Positions 43,958 through 53,330 of a stretch of DNA of 64,000 bases are shown piece by piece. The stretch covers positions 10,172 to 74,171 of the forward strand of contig JAAZJO010000006.1 of assembly GCA_012800315.1 (NCBI GenBank), written 5' to 3'. Source of the stretch: Candidatus Falkowbacteria bacterium (GTDB lineage: Bacteria; Patescibacteriota; Patescibacteriia; Patescibacteriales; UBA12465). Within the stretch, counting starts at the first letter, position 1, and every line of letters begins with the position of its first letter. The translations under genes were made by a program, and so were the position numbers. Below the pieces are notes generated by a model. The model was not told the DNA's origin. It did not search any database and saw only the letters and a list, made by a program, of their open reading frames with translations.

Positions 43958-44862
43958 TTTAACCATTCTTGATTAATTAAGGAATTACCCGTCATGCCTC
44001 TCGGCTTCGGTAAATTCATAATATCTAAAATCGTGGGCGCTAAATCACCTAAGTTGCCAACTGGCGCTAATAAACTTAAATCATTGTTTAACGGTTCACT
44101 AAAACCAATAGTCATTCCTTTAAAACTATCACCAATAATAATTAACGGAACTGGGTTATCTGTTATTTCATCATCCAATAATTCCGTTGCCATATTTTTA
44201 ATATTTTCAATATTCCCAGCCGCCGCTGTCAACAATAAAACCCCATTTTTTTCTAAAACCATGGCCGCAATTTTTCTTAAATTATTATCAACCGCTTTAA
44301 CCGCTTTTTTAATTATTTTTTGCTCACCACTAGCCGCCACTAAATCTAAAGTCGGTAAAGACACAGCTAGAAAATGGTATTGCTCTGTTTTTAAGCAATT
44401 AATTAATTCAGTTGTTATCTTATTAGCTACCTCAATTGACTTTTTTCTATCACCAGCCGTCTGTGAAGAAATAATTTTCCAATCTTCATTAGGCGCTTTA
44501 TTATCACTATGACCATTAAAAAAATAAGTTAAGGCAGCTAGCCGCTCTGTTTCTGTAATTTTAATTTGCTTCAGGCCAGCGTTAGCGATAACTCGTGTAA
44601 TAATTGCTGCTGGATTAGTTTTTTCATTTTTTAAATCACTCCCAGCTCCTAAACTTAAATAACGTGTATTTAAATTTTTATCGCCAACTGAAAGCAAGGC
44701 TACTGGATAATCAACAATTAAATTATTAAAAGTCGGTGTATCCTCAGGATGAATAGCATTAGCTTCACTCAACGGTGCCACTCCCCAACCATCTACTAAT
44801 AACAAAACTACCGGTGAATACGGGAGAGGTTCGTCTTGCTGATTGTTATTTATTGCAGTCAT
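43936..44862 (-). CDS. iPGM-like alkaline-phosphatase-superfamily protein lacking the transferase domain (probably non-canonical)
   Basis: N-terminal VVLLLVDGWG, LKQIKITETERLAALTYFFNG and C-terminal GNLGDLAPTILDIMNLPKPRGMTGNSLI align by eye to cofactor-independent phosphoglycerate mutase. It is only 308 aa against about 510. See findings. Confidence 0.65.
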   Translation of the reverse strand: MTAINNNQQDEPLPYSPVVLLLVDGWGVAPLSEANAIHPEDTPTFNNLIVDYPVALLSVGDKNLNTRYLSLGAGSDLKNEKTNPAAIITRVIANAGLKQIKITETERLAALTYFFNGHSDNKAPNEDWKIISSQTAGDRKKSIEVANKITTELINCLKTEQYHFLAVSLPTLDLVAASGEQKIIKKAVKAVDNNLRKIAAMVLEKNGVLLLTAAAGNIENIKNMATELLDDEITDNPVPLIIIGDSFKGMTIGFSEPLNNDLSLLAPVGNLGDLAPTILDIMNLPKPRGMTGNSLINQEWLNKKTSSE

Positions 44863-44881
44863 TTTATCTAAAACTATTTAA

Positions 44882-46135
44882 TTATTTAATCATTTCCGCT
44901 ATTTCTAATAACCGATTATATTTAGCCACTCTTTCTCCTCGTGAAAGAGAGCCAGCCTTTAAATAGTCGGCTCCGATCGCTACAGCTAAATCAACAATGA
45001 AATCATCATTAGTTTCCCCGCTACGATGAGAAACAACCACTTTATATCCCTGACGTTGAGCTAATTTTACGCAATCAATCGTTTCGCTTAAAGTGCCTAC
45101 CTGATTTGGTTTAATAATTATAGTGTTAGCTATCTTGGCTGACAAACCCTGACGTAAACGATTAATATCAGTGGCAAATAAATCATCACCAGCGATTAAC
45201 ATTTTTCCACCTAATTCAGCTGTCAACTTACTCCAATTTTCTAAATCATCCTCGGCTAAACCATCCTCTAAATAAGAAATTGGATATTTCTCAAACCATT
45301 CATGGTATAAGCCAATTAAATTAGCAGCACTAAAATAGGCGCTGTCCAGCGGGAAAATATATTTTTTAGACTCATCGTCATATAGAATTGAGGAACCAAC
45401 ATCAATTCCTAATCTAATATCTTCCCCTGGTTTATAACCAGCCCGAATAGTGGCCGCTAAAATAAACTCAATCGCTTCAATGCTAGAATCAAGATCTGGT
45501 GCATAACCACCCTCCAACCCAGTATCGGTATCATAATCTGCCTCCTTTAATACTTTTCCTAATTCATGAAAAATTTCCACCCCCATTTGAATCATCTGAT
45601 CAGCCTTGGCCGTTTTAGGAATAATTAAAAACTCTTGAAAATCTAAATTAGTATCAGCGTGCTTGCCACCATTAAACAAATTAAAAATGGGCACTGGTAT
45701 TTTTGGCTGAGTAGTTAAGGAAAAACTTTTTTGTAAATAAGAAAATAATTCCTGTCCACTACTTAAAGCAGCGACTCGCGCACATGCTAAAGAAACAGCC
45801 AGCAAAGAATTAGCTCCCAATTTTTTCTTATTTTTAGTACCGTCCAAAGCAATCAAAAGATCGTCAATCTCTTTTTGCTTAGTCACATCAAAACCAATTA
45901 ATTTTGGAGCAATAATTTCATTAATTTTATTAACCGCTTGTAAAACTCCTAATCCGGCATAACGCTGACTATCTCCATCACGTAATTCATGAGCTTCATA
46001 ACTTCCTTTTGAAGTTCCGCCCGGAACACTGGCTCTGGCCCGACAACCATTCTCTAAAATAACCGTTGCCTCAATTGTGGGGATGCCTCGCGCATCTAAA
46101 ATTTCTCGGGCAATAATATTTTTTATCTTAGGCAT
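44882..46135 (-). CDS. eno: Enolase
   Basis: AREILDARGIPTIE, SHRSGETND, and overall length and layout. Confidence 0.95.
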   Translation of the reverse strand: MPKIKNIIAREILDARGIPTIEATVILENGCRARASVPGGTSKGSYEAHELRDGDSQRYAGLGVLQAVNKINEIIAPKLIGFDVTKQKEIDDLLIALDGTKNKKKLGANSLLAVSLACARVAALSSGQELFSYLQKSFSLTTQPKIPVPIFNLFNGGKHADTNLDFQEFLIIPKTAKADQMIQMGVEIFHELGKVLKEADYDTDTGLEGGYAPDLDSSIEAIEFILAATIRAGYKPGEDIRLGIDVGSSILYDDESKKYIFPLDSAYFSAANLIGLYHEWFEKYPISYLEDGLAEDDLENWSKLTAELGGKMLIAGDDLFATDINRLRQGLSAKIANTIIIKPNQVGTLSETIDCVKLAQRQGYKVVVSHRSGETNDDFIVDLAVAIGADYLKAGSLSRGERVAKYNRLLEIAEMIK

Positions 46136-46143
46136 ATATATTT

Positions 46144-47322
46144 TTATTTACTAACTATTTTTACTAGACCGGGCATTTTACCACCACTCAAATAAGTTAA
46201 CATCGCTCCGCCAGCTGTTGAAACCCAATCAACATATTGTTCCATCTTAGTTAAACGCAATGCTTCCACTGTTTCACCACCACCAACTAAACCAAAAGCT
46301 TTGCCACTAGCCCGCGAAGCTACTAAAAGAGCAATCGCTAAAGTTCCATGTTTAAAACTAGCTTCTTCAAATTTACCCATCGGCCCATTCCAAACTAAAG
46401 TATGAGCTGCTTTAATATATTTTGAATAAAGAGCGATTGTTTCTGGACCAATATCTAAAATACTTTCTCCTGATTTAACTTCATTTAAATAACGCACCGC
46501 TGCTGTACCCTTCCTGGTTTTAACAACCACATCAAGCGGTAAAATAATTTTAGAAGCTAATTTCTTTCCTTGATAAAATTTCTTTACCTCAGCTAAACTA
46601 TCAGCATCAAAAAGTGATTTACCAATTTCTAATTTTTGGTATTTAAAGAAATTATTAGCCAAAGCTCCACCCAAAAGAATTTGGCTAGCCGTCTTATATA
46701 GTTTTGTAATTAACGGCGCCTTAGTACTAATTTTTGCTCCTCCCATAATCACCACTAACGGCTTAGTCGGTTTCAATACTTTATTTAAAGCAATCACTTC
46801 TTTTTCTAACAATAAACCAGCATAGGCAGGTAAAAAACTTTTAACCGCCACCACCGAAGCCTGCTCGCGATGGCAAACGGCAAAAGCATCATTAACATAA
46901 ATATCAGCCTGCGCCACTAATTCTTTAGCAAATTTTTTATCATTAGTTAGTTCTCCTGGGTGAAAACGTAAATTTTCCAACATCATTAATTCCCCAGCCT
47001 TTAGGATAGAAATAGCTTTATTTACTTTTTCTCCCACTACTTCAGGAATAAATTTAACCGGTTTTTTAAGTAGAGCCTTAAGTCGCAAAGCTACTGGCTT
47101 CACGGATAACTCTTTCACTATTTTTCCTTTAGGATCACCTAAATGAGTAGCCACTACCACCCGAGCACCGCGCTCTAAAAGAAAATTAATTGTTTCTAAG
47201 CCAGCCACAAGACGATAATCTTCTGCCACCTTCCCTTTATTCAGAGCCACATTAAAATCAACGCGCAAAAAAACCACTTTATTTTTTAAATTTTTTACAT
47301 TTTTAAGAGTAGTTATTTTCAT
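46144..47322 (-). CDS. pgk: Phosphoglycerate kinase
   Basis: VFLRVDFNV, LENLRFHPGE, GGAKISTK and STAGGAMLTYL. Confidence 0.95.
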   Translation of the reverse strand: MKITTLKNVKNLKNKVVFLRVDFNVALNKGKVAEDYRLVAGLETINFLLERGARVVVATHLGDPKGKIVKELSVKPVALRLKALLKKPVKFIPEVVGEKVNKAISILKAGELMMLENLRFHPGELTNDKKFAKELVAQADIYVNDAFAVCHREQASVVAVKSFLPAYAGLLLEKEVIALNKVLKPTKPLVVIMGGAKISTKAPLITKLYKTASQILLGGALANNFFKYQKLEIGKSLFDADSLAEVKKFYQGKKLASKIILPLDVVVKTRKGTAAVRYLNEVKSGESILDIGPETIALYSKYIKAAHTLVWNGPMGKFEEASFKHGTLAIALLVASRASGKAFGLVGGGETVEALRLTKMEQYVDWVSTAGGAMLTYLSGGKMPGLVKIVSK

Positions 47323-47337
47323 AAAACAAAAATTATT

Positions 47338-48501
47338 TTATTCTTTCACTTTAAATTCTCCTAAAATTAAATCAACTTGTTTTTCTTGACCATCACGCCA
47401 ATAACTCACCGTAATTTTATCACCAGATTTATAAGTGGCAATCACATCCGCTAAATCATTTTGCTTATCAAGTTCACGATTATTTATCCAGGTAATAATA
47501 TCACCTTCTTGTAAACCTGCTTTCTGCGCTGGACTATTTTCTAACACCGCAACTTTCCCCCGCGGATAAATCAAAGCTCCTTTATCAAGATTTTTCTCCA
47601 AAATTTTTGTAGAAGCTAGATCTAAATAATTAACACCAAAAGATGGGCGGACGTTTTTTACAACCCCCCAAAAACTTTGCCAATAATAATTATGAGCAAA
47701 GGCTGGCACCACCTCTTTATCAGCACTAATAATAGCCACCAAATCCCCAGAAAGATTAAACACTAGAGAGTTTTGCTGTAAAGCATCAGAGTTATTAGAT
47801 AGAGATAAACGCGCATTTACAGAATCACTATTTAAAATATCCGGCGTTTTTTCAAATGAAGCCAAGGTTGTTGGCCAGGCATTATGTCGGCTATTAATCA
47901 CTAATAAAGACTGCCCCAAAGACAGTTCTGACCGCGATGCTATTTTTCTAACCGGTAAATTTTCGGCTTCAGCTAAATGGAAAAAAACAATATCTCCCGG
48001 TAAATCTTTAACCACATTAACCTTATCTATTTGATATATTTTTCTGTCGGCCGAAATAGCAACAAAATCTTTACTAGTAAAAGTTTTTTTATCCTCGGCT
48101 GATAAAGAAGACATCACCCAACCGTCACTAGTCATTATTAAACCAATAAATAATGGATCGTTTAAAGAATAATAAGCCGGTTTAGCAGACACTGCCTTAG
48201 CCTCTTCTTCTTCTAGATCAATTTCCTTAAAAACACCAACAATAGAAGTTGATAAAGAATTAATTGTCTCCGCAATTTTTTGATCTTGATTAATAACCAC
48301 TTTCTTTGGTTCCTGAATAATAAAATTTGAGTTGGCGTTATTGAGGTTAGTTAAATTAACCTCCTGTTTCGCATAGGGCAAAGAAAAATCACTGACAAAA
48401 TAATTATAAGCGACTATGCCGCCAAAAATTCCCGCCAATAAACCACCAATCGCCAAAAGAGTGATCAAGAAAATTATGTTCTTTGTTAATTTCTTTTTCA
48501 T
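47338..48501 (-). CDS. Membrane-anchored HtrA-like (trypsin-fold plus PDZ) protein, catalytic status uncertain
   Basis: N-terminal TM helix, a region alignable by eye to S1C proteases (GDIVFFHL, QQNSLVFNLSGDLVAII), and a clear C-terminal PDZ domain (SPAQKAGLQEGDIITWINNRELD). Confidence 0.55.
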   Translation of the reverse strand: MKKKLTKNIIFLITLLAIGGLLAGIFGGIVAYNYFVSDFSLPYAKQEVNLTNLNNANSNFIIQEPKKVVINQDQKIAETINSLSTSIVGVFKEIDLEEEEAKAVSAKPAYYSLNDPLFIGLIMTSDGWVMSSLSAEDKKTFTSKDFVAISADRKIYQIDKVNVVKDLPGDIVFFHLAEAENLPVRKIASRSELSLGQSLLVINSRHNAWPTTLASFEKTPDILNSDSVNARLSLSNNSDALQQNSLVFNLSGDLVAIISADKEVVPAFAHNYYWQSFWGVVKNVRPSFGVNYLDLASTKILEKNLDKGALIYPRGKVAVLENSPAQKAGLQEGDIITWINNRELDKQNDLADVIATYKSGDKITVSYWRDGQEKQVDLILGEFKVKE

Positions 48502-48544
48502 AATAGTACTATTTATATTACATGAATTTTTTAACTAAATTTTA

Positions 48545-49312
48545 TTAAAGCCAACGAGCTGATAAAAGAATAACCATTACCATAATAATAGTTATAATCA
48601 ATGGCCATTTTATATTTCTAAAATTAAAACGATTTTCTAAACGTAAATTATCAAATACAGATAAAAGATAAAAAACTAAGGCAACCAGTAAACCTAAAAC
48701 ATTATAGCTAAGTGGTAGAAAAAAAAGAACAGCCGCAAATTCAGCTAAAATAAAAACATTAATGAATAAAAACCTAATCTGCTCTCGTTTTATTTCTCTA
48801 GAAAAAATTAAAGATTGTCCAAAAAGAATAAAGCTGACTGCTATAAATAAAAGTAACAATAAACCAAAATTCCAACTAAGAAAAATAGGTAAACCATAAC
48901 AAGTGGCGGCCAAAGCAAAAGCGGATAAAAATGAACCTACTTGTAATAAATTATACAATTTAACCTCTACTTCAGAAGAAGGGGTATAAAGATATTTAAA
49001 TAAATTTCTTAAATAGAAAAAAACAAATAAGGCATTAAAAATAAAAATGACTTGAATCCAAAAATGATTAACCAATATGCCACTATATAAAGAAAAACTT
49101 AAATAAAATAGAGCTGGAGATAAGGCATAAAGCAGGCGATATTTAGAATCACTATCTTTAGTTATTTTCCAAACTGCAAAAAGTATCACCAATAAACCCA
49201 AACTTAAAGACACAAAGAAAAACTGCGGTTCAAAAACAAAAGCCTCATTTAAAGCTAAAAGAATAATTGGGGTTAAAAATAAATATAAATATTTATTGGG
49301 CATATAAATCAA
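48545..49312 (-). CDS. Hypothetical polytopic membrane protein (about 8 TM helices)
   Basis: 255-aa ORF that is almost entirely hydrophobic helices. No recognisable family. Confidence 0.55.
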   Translation of the reverse strand: MIYMPNKYLYLFLTPIILLALNEAFVFEPQFFFVSLSLGLLVILFAVWKITKDSDSKYRLLYALSPALFYLSFSLYSGILVNHFWIQVIFIFNALFVFFYLRNLFKYLYTPSSEVEVKLYNLLQVGSFLSAFALAATCYGLPIFLSWNFGLLLLLFIAVSFILFGQSLIFSREIKREQIRFLFINVFILAEFAAVLFFLPLSYNVLGLLVALVFYLLSVFDNLRLENRFNFRNIKWPLIITIIMVMVILLSARWL

Positions 49313-49327
49313 GAGATTTAAACAAAG

Positions 49328-51640
49328 CTAATAGCTTGGAGATTCTATTAAGTTCTCCTCTGCCGTTTCCACTGGAGCTTCCCCTAAAACTTCCGTTGAA
49401 GTTCCTGCAACAGGCTCTGCTGGAGTATCTATTAAATTGTCTCTTGGAGTTTCTGTAACGGCTTCTTTTATACCTTGTTCTAATGTTTCAGCTGTAGGCT
49501 CTAAAATTGCCCCTGCACTATCCTCGGGAAGATTCTCAGTTACTGGAGCTATAATGTAATCGCCCTCATCCTCAATTAGGACCAAGCTTTTAACTAAACT
49601 TAAATCAAGTAGGCTATTTATCTTTAAAAATTTATTGGAAAAAGTAAATAGATAATCATTAATATAAAAACTTCTCTTCACCACACTATCAGAATAGTCA
49701 TGATTAAGAAAACTGCTAAGTTTAGCCGCTGGAGAAATATGATCTATCTTTTCTCTTAAAACAAATTTATTATCAATAATATTAAAAATCAAAGAACCAG
49801 AGAAAACAGTTTGCTTATTCTCTTTTAGCACAATCGGCAAAGATAGCAAGTTCTTTCCTCCTGAATACAAAAAGGATTTATGGTCTTCAAAAATAATTGA
49901 ATCACTACCCACATCGCCAAAAATTGCAGAATTAAGTTCTTTTGGTTTCGCTAAATCAGTAAAATCAAATAAAGAAATTTTTAAACCCTTGGCTTTAATT
50001 AAACCACTGTCATCATCTTGCATATTATAACCAACGCCAATTAATTTATGACCATTCTGATCAATCGGATAAAAATAAGTTGAGGCATCTGGAATGCGCA
50101 GGGCGCCTGAAACTGTTGGCTTAGTAGGATCATCTAAACTGATAATATAAAGAGGGTCACTTTGTTTAGTAGTAATCAAATAGGCTCTATTTCCTAAAAA
50201 ACGAGCAGCGTATATTTTTTCGTTAGTTACTAAGTTTTCCAAGCGACCAACTACCTTAAGTTCATTATCAAGAACAAAAATATTACTATATGGCTCAGAT
50301 TGTGTCTCAGCTAAACGCGCTCCCACTGAACTTTGAGCAGTCGCTATCCGAAAATAACCATCCTCCTCATTCATTGAAAGCTCATTCAAAATTTGACCAT
50401 TTACTTCAGCAAAACCACGATATTCAAAATTTTTCCCATTGAGGGCTATTTTATAAATAGTCGTTTTTCCTGTATCAGCTGATCTAGCCATTAACTTTTC
50501 TTTCATTTTCTCACTAATCTTCAACTGAATGGCCTTTGCTTCTTCCGTCCCTAAATTAGCTAAATAATTATCCATTAAAGCAGCAACCTTCACCTTCTTT
50601 TCAGCCGTATTTAAAACATAATCAGCTACCGCCTCAATTTCAGTTATTTTATTCTGTTCCTCAGCACTTAAATCTGCCAATATTAATTCTCTTTTAGCTG
50701 ATTGTTCTAAATCATATTCATCTATTGCCTCAGTATATGTAAGGTAAACATTTTTTTGAGCAATATATATAGCTTGCTCATCATTAATTAAATATGACTG
50801 CCCACTGATTGGTTCAGTCTTATCACTAATATTGATAGCTACTATATTAAAATAATGAAAGGAGTTATACGGAATATCAAAATAAAAAACTTCCGGCGCA
50901 AAACAATCGCTAGCTACACTGCAATCATTAGATAAAGTAAAGCCCTGACTAGTTGCCTGTGGGATTAAAGATTTTCCCTTTTTATAATCAATAAAACTAT
51001 CGGTAAATAAATAAACATAATCTCCATTTAAACGAGCCTCCCGATAATTGCCTTCAAAACCTAGTTCTCGCACTAAAGTTGGATTAGTCGGATTAGCTAA
51101 ATCAAAAACTTTTACAGACACTTTTGCTTGATCAGCAAATTCAAAAACAACTAAATTATTTCCGCTGATAAAAATATTTTGTGGCTGCGATTCAAAAGTT
51201 ATTGTGCTAATCACCTCGGCTTCAGAAGCTGGGTTAATTTTAATTATTTTTAATTCATCACGAAGCAAGGCATAAACATAATTGCCACCAAACTTAACTA
51301 TATCAGCCTCATCAAGTCCTGGTACTTGAATATTTATTGGCGAAAAATCTTCAGTCGTCTCAGTCCTATTAATTACTTCTCTTGCTATTCCACTAGTACT
51401 CCCTTGCTTAGCACTCTTTTCTTCAAAAAATTTTTCCAATCCCTGATAATCACTAAACTTCATCAATTGTTTAGTCTTAACCGGAACATCATCAGCAGAA
51501 ATTTCTTTTGTTTTTTCCTTTTTTACCTCCACAGAGGTAGCGGAATTTTTTTTCTGCCAAGGAAAAGTACAACCACTCACCAAAACAGCTGAGATAAGAA
51601 TAATAAAAGAAAATTTTATTATTTTTTTAAACATAGACAA
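49328..51640 (-). CDS. Lipoprotein with beta-propeller domain (COG4880-like secreted beta-propeller)
   Basis: Lipobox LVSGC. INIQVPGLDEADIVKFGGNYVYAL matches the motif I recall for the 'beta propeller domain' family. Acidic, low-complexity C-terminal tail. Confidence 0.65.
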   Translation of the reverse strand: MSMFKKIIKFSFIILISAVLVSGCTFPWQKKNSATSVEVKKEKTKEISADDVPVKTKQLMKFSDYQGLEKFFEEKSAKQGSTSGIAREVINRTETTEDFSPINIQVPGLDEADIVKFGGNYVYALLRDELKIIKINPASEAEVISTITFESQPQNIFISGNNLVVFEFADQAKVSVKVFDLANPTNPTLVRELGFEGNYREARLNGDYVYLFTDSFIDYKKGKSLIPQATSQGFTLSNDCSVASDCFAPEVFYFDIPYNSFHYFNIVAINISDKTEPISGQSYLINDEQAIYIAQKNVYLTYTEAIDEYDLEQSAKRELILADLSAEEQNKITEIEAVADYVLNTAEKKVKVAALMDNYLANLGTEEAKAIQLKISEKMKEKLMARSADTGKTTIYKIALNGKNFEYRGFAEVNGQILNELSMNEEDGYFRIATAQSSVGARLAETQSEPYSNIFVLDNELKVVGRLENLVTNEKIYAARFLGNRAYLITTKQSDPLYIISLDDPTKPTVSGALRIPDASTYFYPIDQNGHKLIGVGYNMQDDDSGLIKAKGLKISLFDFTDLAKPKELNSAIFGDVGSDSIIFEDHKSFLYSGGKNLLSLPIVLKENKQTVFSGSLIFNIIDNKFVLREKIDHISPAAKLSSFLNHDYSDSVVKRSFYINDYLFTFSNKFLKINSLLDLSLVKSLVLIEDEGDYIIAPVTENLPEDSAGAILEPTAETLEQGIKEAVTETPRDNLIDTPAEPVAGTSTEVLGEAPVETAEENLIESPSY

Positions 51641-51754
51641 AAATATTAGAACACCTAACTTATTATCTAAAGTATATCATTTTTTTACCTTACCGTCACT
51701 TTTAGCTCAAACAAAACATCATTAATCTGAGTTTTTCTTTTTTATTTACAAATC

Positions 51755-53329
51755 TTAATTATCTAAAGAAAATTCACAACCACAAAATTTTTGCCGATAA
51801 AGACCCAATTCTTTAGCCAATTCTTGTGAGCGCTGATAACCATTATTAGCCTGAAAATCTATATCCAAAAATTTAGGACCATTTTCAGCAGTTAAAGATA
51901 AGCTAATCTTTTTAATAGCCTCTGTATCTTTATAAGGACTGAGTAAAAGACTGGTGCTAAAATAAGTAAATTTCTTTTTTTGAGCTAAAAGCGCTGTTCT
52001 ACTTAAACGATCACGATAACAAAGATGACAACGCTTCCCTCTTTCTGGATCAGTTTCCCGGCCCTTGACTTTCTCTAACCAAGCCTCATGTTTATAAGGT
52101 TCAACAATTAAGGGAATGGCTAGCTTAGTCGCCACAAATTTAACCGCTGCTAAACGTTTATTATATTCTTCAAGAGAATTTAAATTTGGATTATCAAAAT
52201 ACCAAGTTAGTTTATATTGTGGTAATAAAATATCACGACTAATATAAGAAGCGCACGGTGCACAGCAAACATGAAGTAGGAGGGATGGCTTTTTATTTTT
52301 ACGATCCATAAACCAAAAGGTAACTACCAAGCCAAACATAATCACCACTAATAAAATTAAAGCTAAAAATTTCCCCCGACTTTGTAAAAACAAACCACTT
52401 AAACCAAATGACAAAGCTAAAAAATAAAAAAGTAAAACAGTCCCCCTTTGTCCTAAACCAAGATCAAGAAGGCGATGGTGTAAATGTTTTTTATCGGCAC
52501 TCTTAAAAGGGTTTTGCTTATTTATTAAGCGACGTAAAATTGTCCAAAAAACATCAAGAATCGGAATACCCATAATTAAAAGAGCAATCGCTATTTTCCC
52601 TCCAGAAATAATTGCTAAAACTCCCAAGATATAACCAAGTAATAAAGAGCCACCCTCTCCGAGAAATATTTTAGCCGGATGCCAGTTAAAAATTAAAAAA
52701 CCAAGAGCTGTTCCGGTTAATAGAATTGAGGCAAAGGCAATATCTGGTTGAAAATAGCGAGTTGTAGTGGTAAATAAAAAAATAACAAAACCACCAATGG
52801 CTGTTATTCCTGTTACCAAGCCATCTACCCCATCTAGCAGCTTAGTGGTGTACATCATTCCTAAAAGCCAAAAAGCAATTAGCAGCGGGCTGATAATGGC
52901 TAGTGAGTTTAAATCAATGTAGCCACCAGTAAAGGGATTGGTAATTTTTTCAATTTCCACACCTCCCAAAATAACTACCGCAATCGCCAGTAAGGGAAAA
53001 ATTATTTGCTTTCTTGGAGGTAAATTATATTTATCATCCAGCGCACCGCCAATCACTAAAATTAAAGCACCTATAAAAAAAGCCAGAAGATGTGACCAAC
53101 GCAGATTACCTGATAAAAAATGCCGCGCAAAAATAAATAGCAAAATAAAATAAGCTAAAAAAATAGCCATCCCACCTAACAGCGGAATTGGCTGACGATG
53201 AATCTTGCGTCCGTGACCACCTTCATCGGGCTGATCTAAAATATTCAAAGAAATAGCTGCTTTTCTAACTAAAACAGTTATCCCGGCTGTGAGTACTAAA
53301 CTAGTAAAAAAAATAAAAAAATAAAACAT
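51755..53329 (-). CDS. Fusion protein: WecA/TagO-type polyprenyl-phosphate HexNAc-1-P transferase (MraY/GT4 family) plus C-terminal QueH-like (DUF208) epoxyqueuosine reductase domain
   Basis: N-terminal about 340 aa: multi-TM with PLLGG, DDKYNL, KLLDGVDGL, NWHPAKIFLGEGGS and HLHHRLLDLG. C-terminal 184 aa from the in-frame Met at 52309: LLLHVCCAPCAS...KRCHLCYRDRL...FCGCEFS (QueH Cys pattern). I placed the start at ATG 53327-29 (MFYFFIFF), 1 nt after the upstream stop. Confidence 0.75.
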   Translation of the reverse strand: MFYFFIFFTSLVLTAGITVLVRKAAISLNILDQPDEGGHGRKIHRQPIPLLGGMAIFLAYFILLFIFARHFLSGNLRWSHLLAFFIGALILVIGGALDDKYNLPPRKQIIFPLLAIAVVILGGVEIEKITNPFTGGYIDLNSLAIISPLLIAFWLLGMMYTTKLLDGVDGLVTGITAIGGFVIFLFTTTTRYFQPDIAFASILLTGTALGFLIFNWHPAKIFLGEGGSLLLGYILGVLAIISGGKIAIALLIMGIPILDVFWTILRRLINKQNPFKSADKKHLHHRLLDLGLGQRGTVLLFYFLALSFGLSGLFLQSRGKFLALILLVVIMFGLVVTFWFMDRKNKKPSLLLHVCCAPCASYISRDILLPQYKLTWYFDNPNLNSLEEYNKRLAAVKFVATKLAIPLIVEPYKHEAWLEKVKGRETDPERGKRCHLCYRDRLSRTALLAQKKKFTYFSTSLLLSPYKDTEAIKKISLSLTAENGPKFLDIDFQANNGYQRSQELAKELGLYRQKFCGCEFSLDN

Positions 53330-53330
53330 A

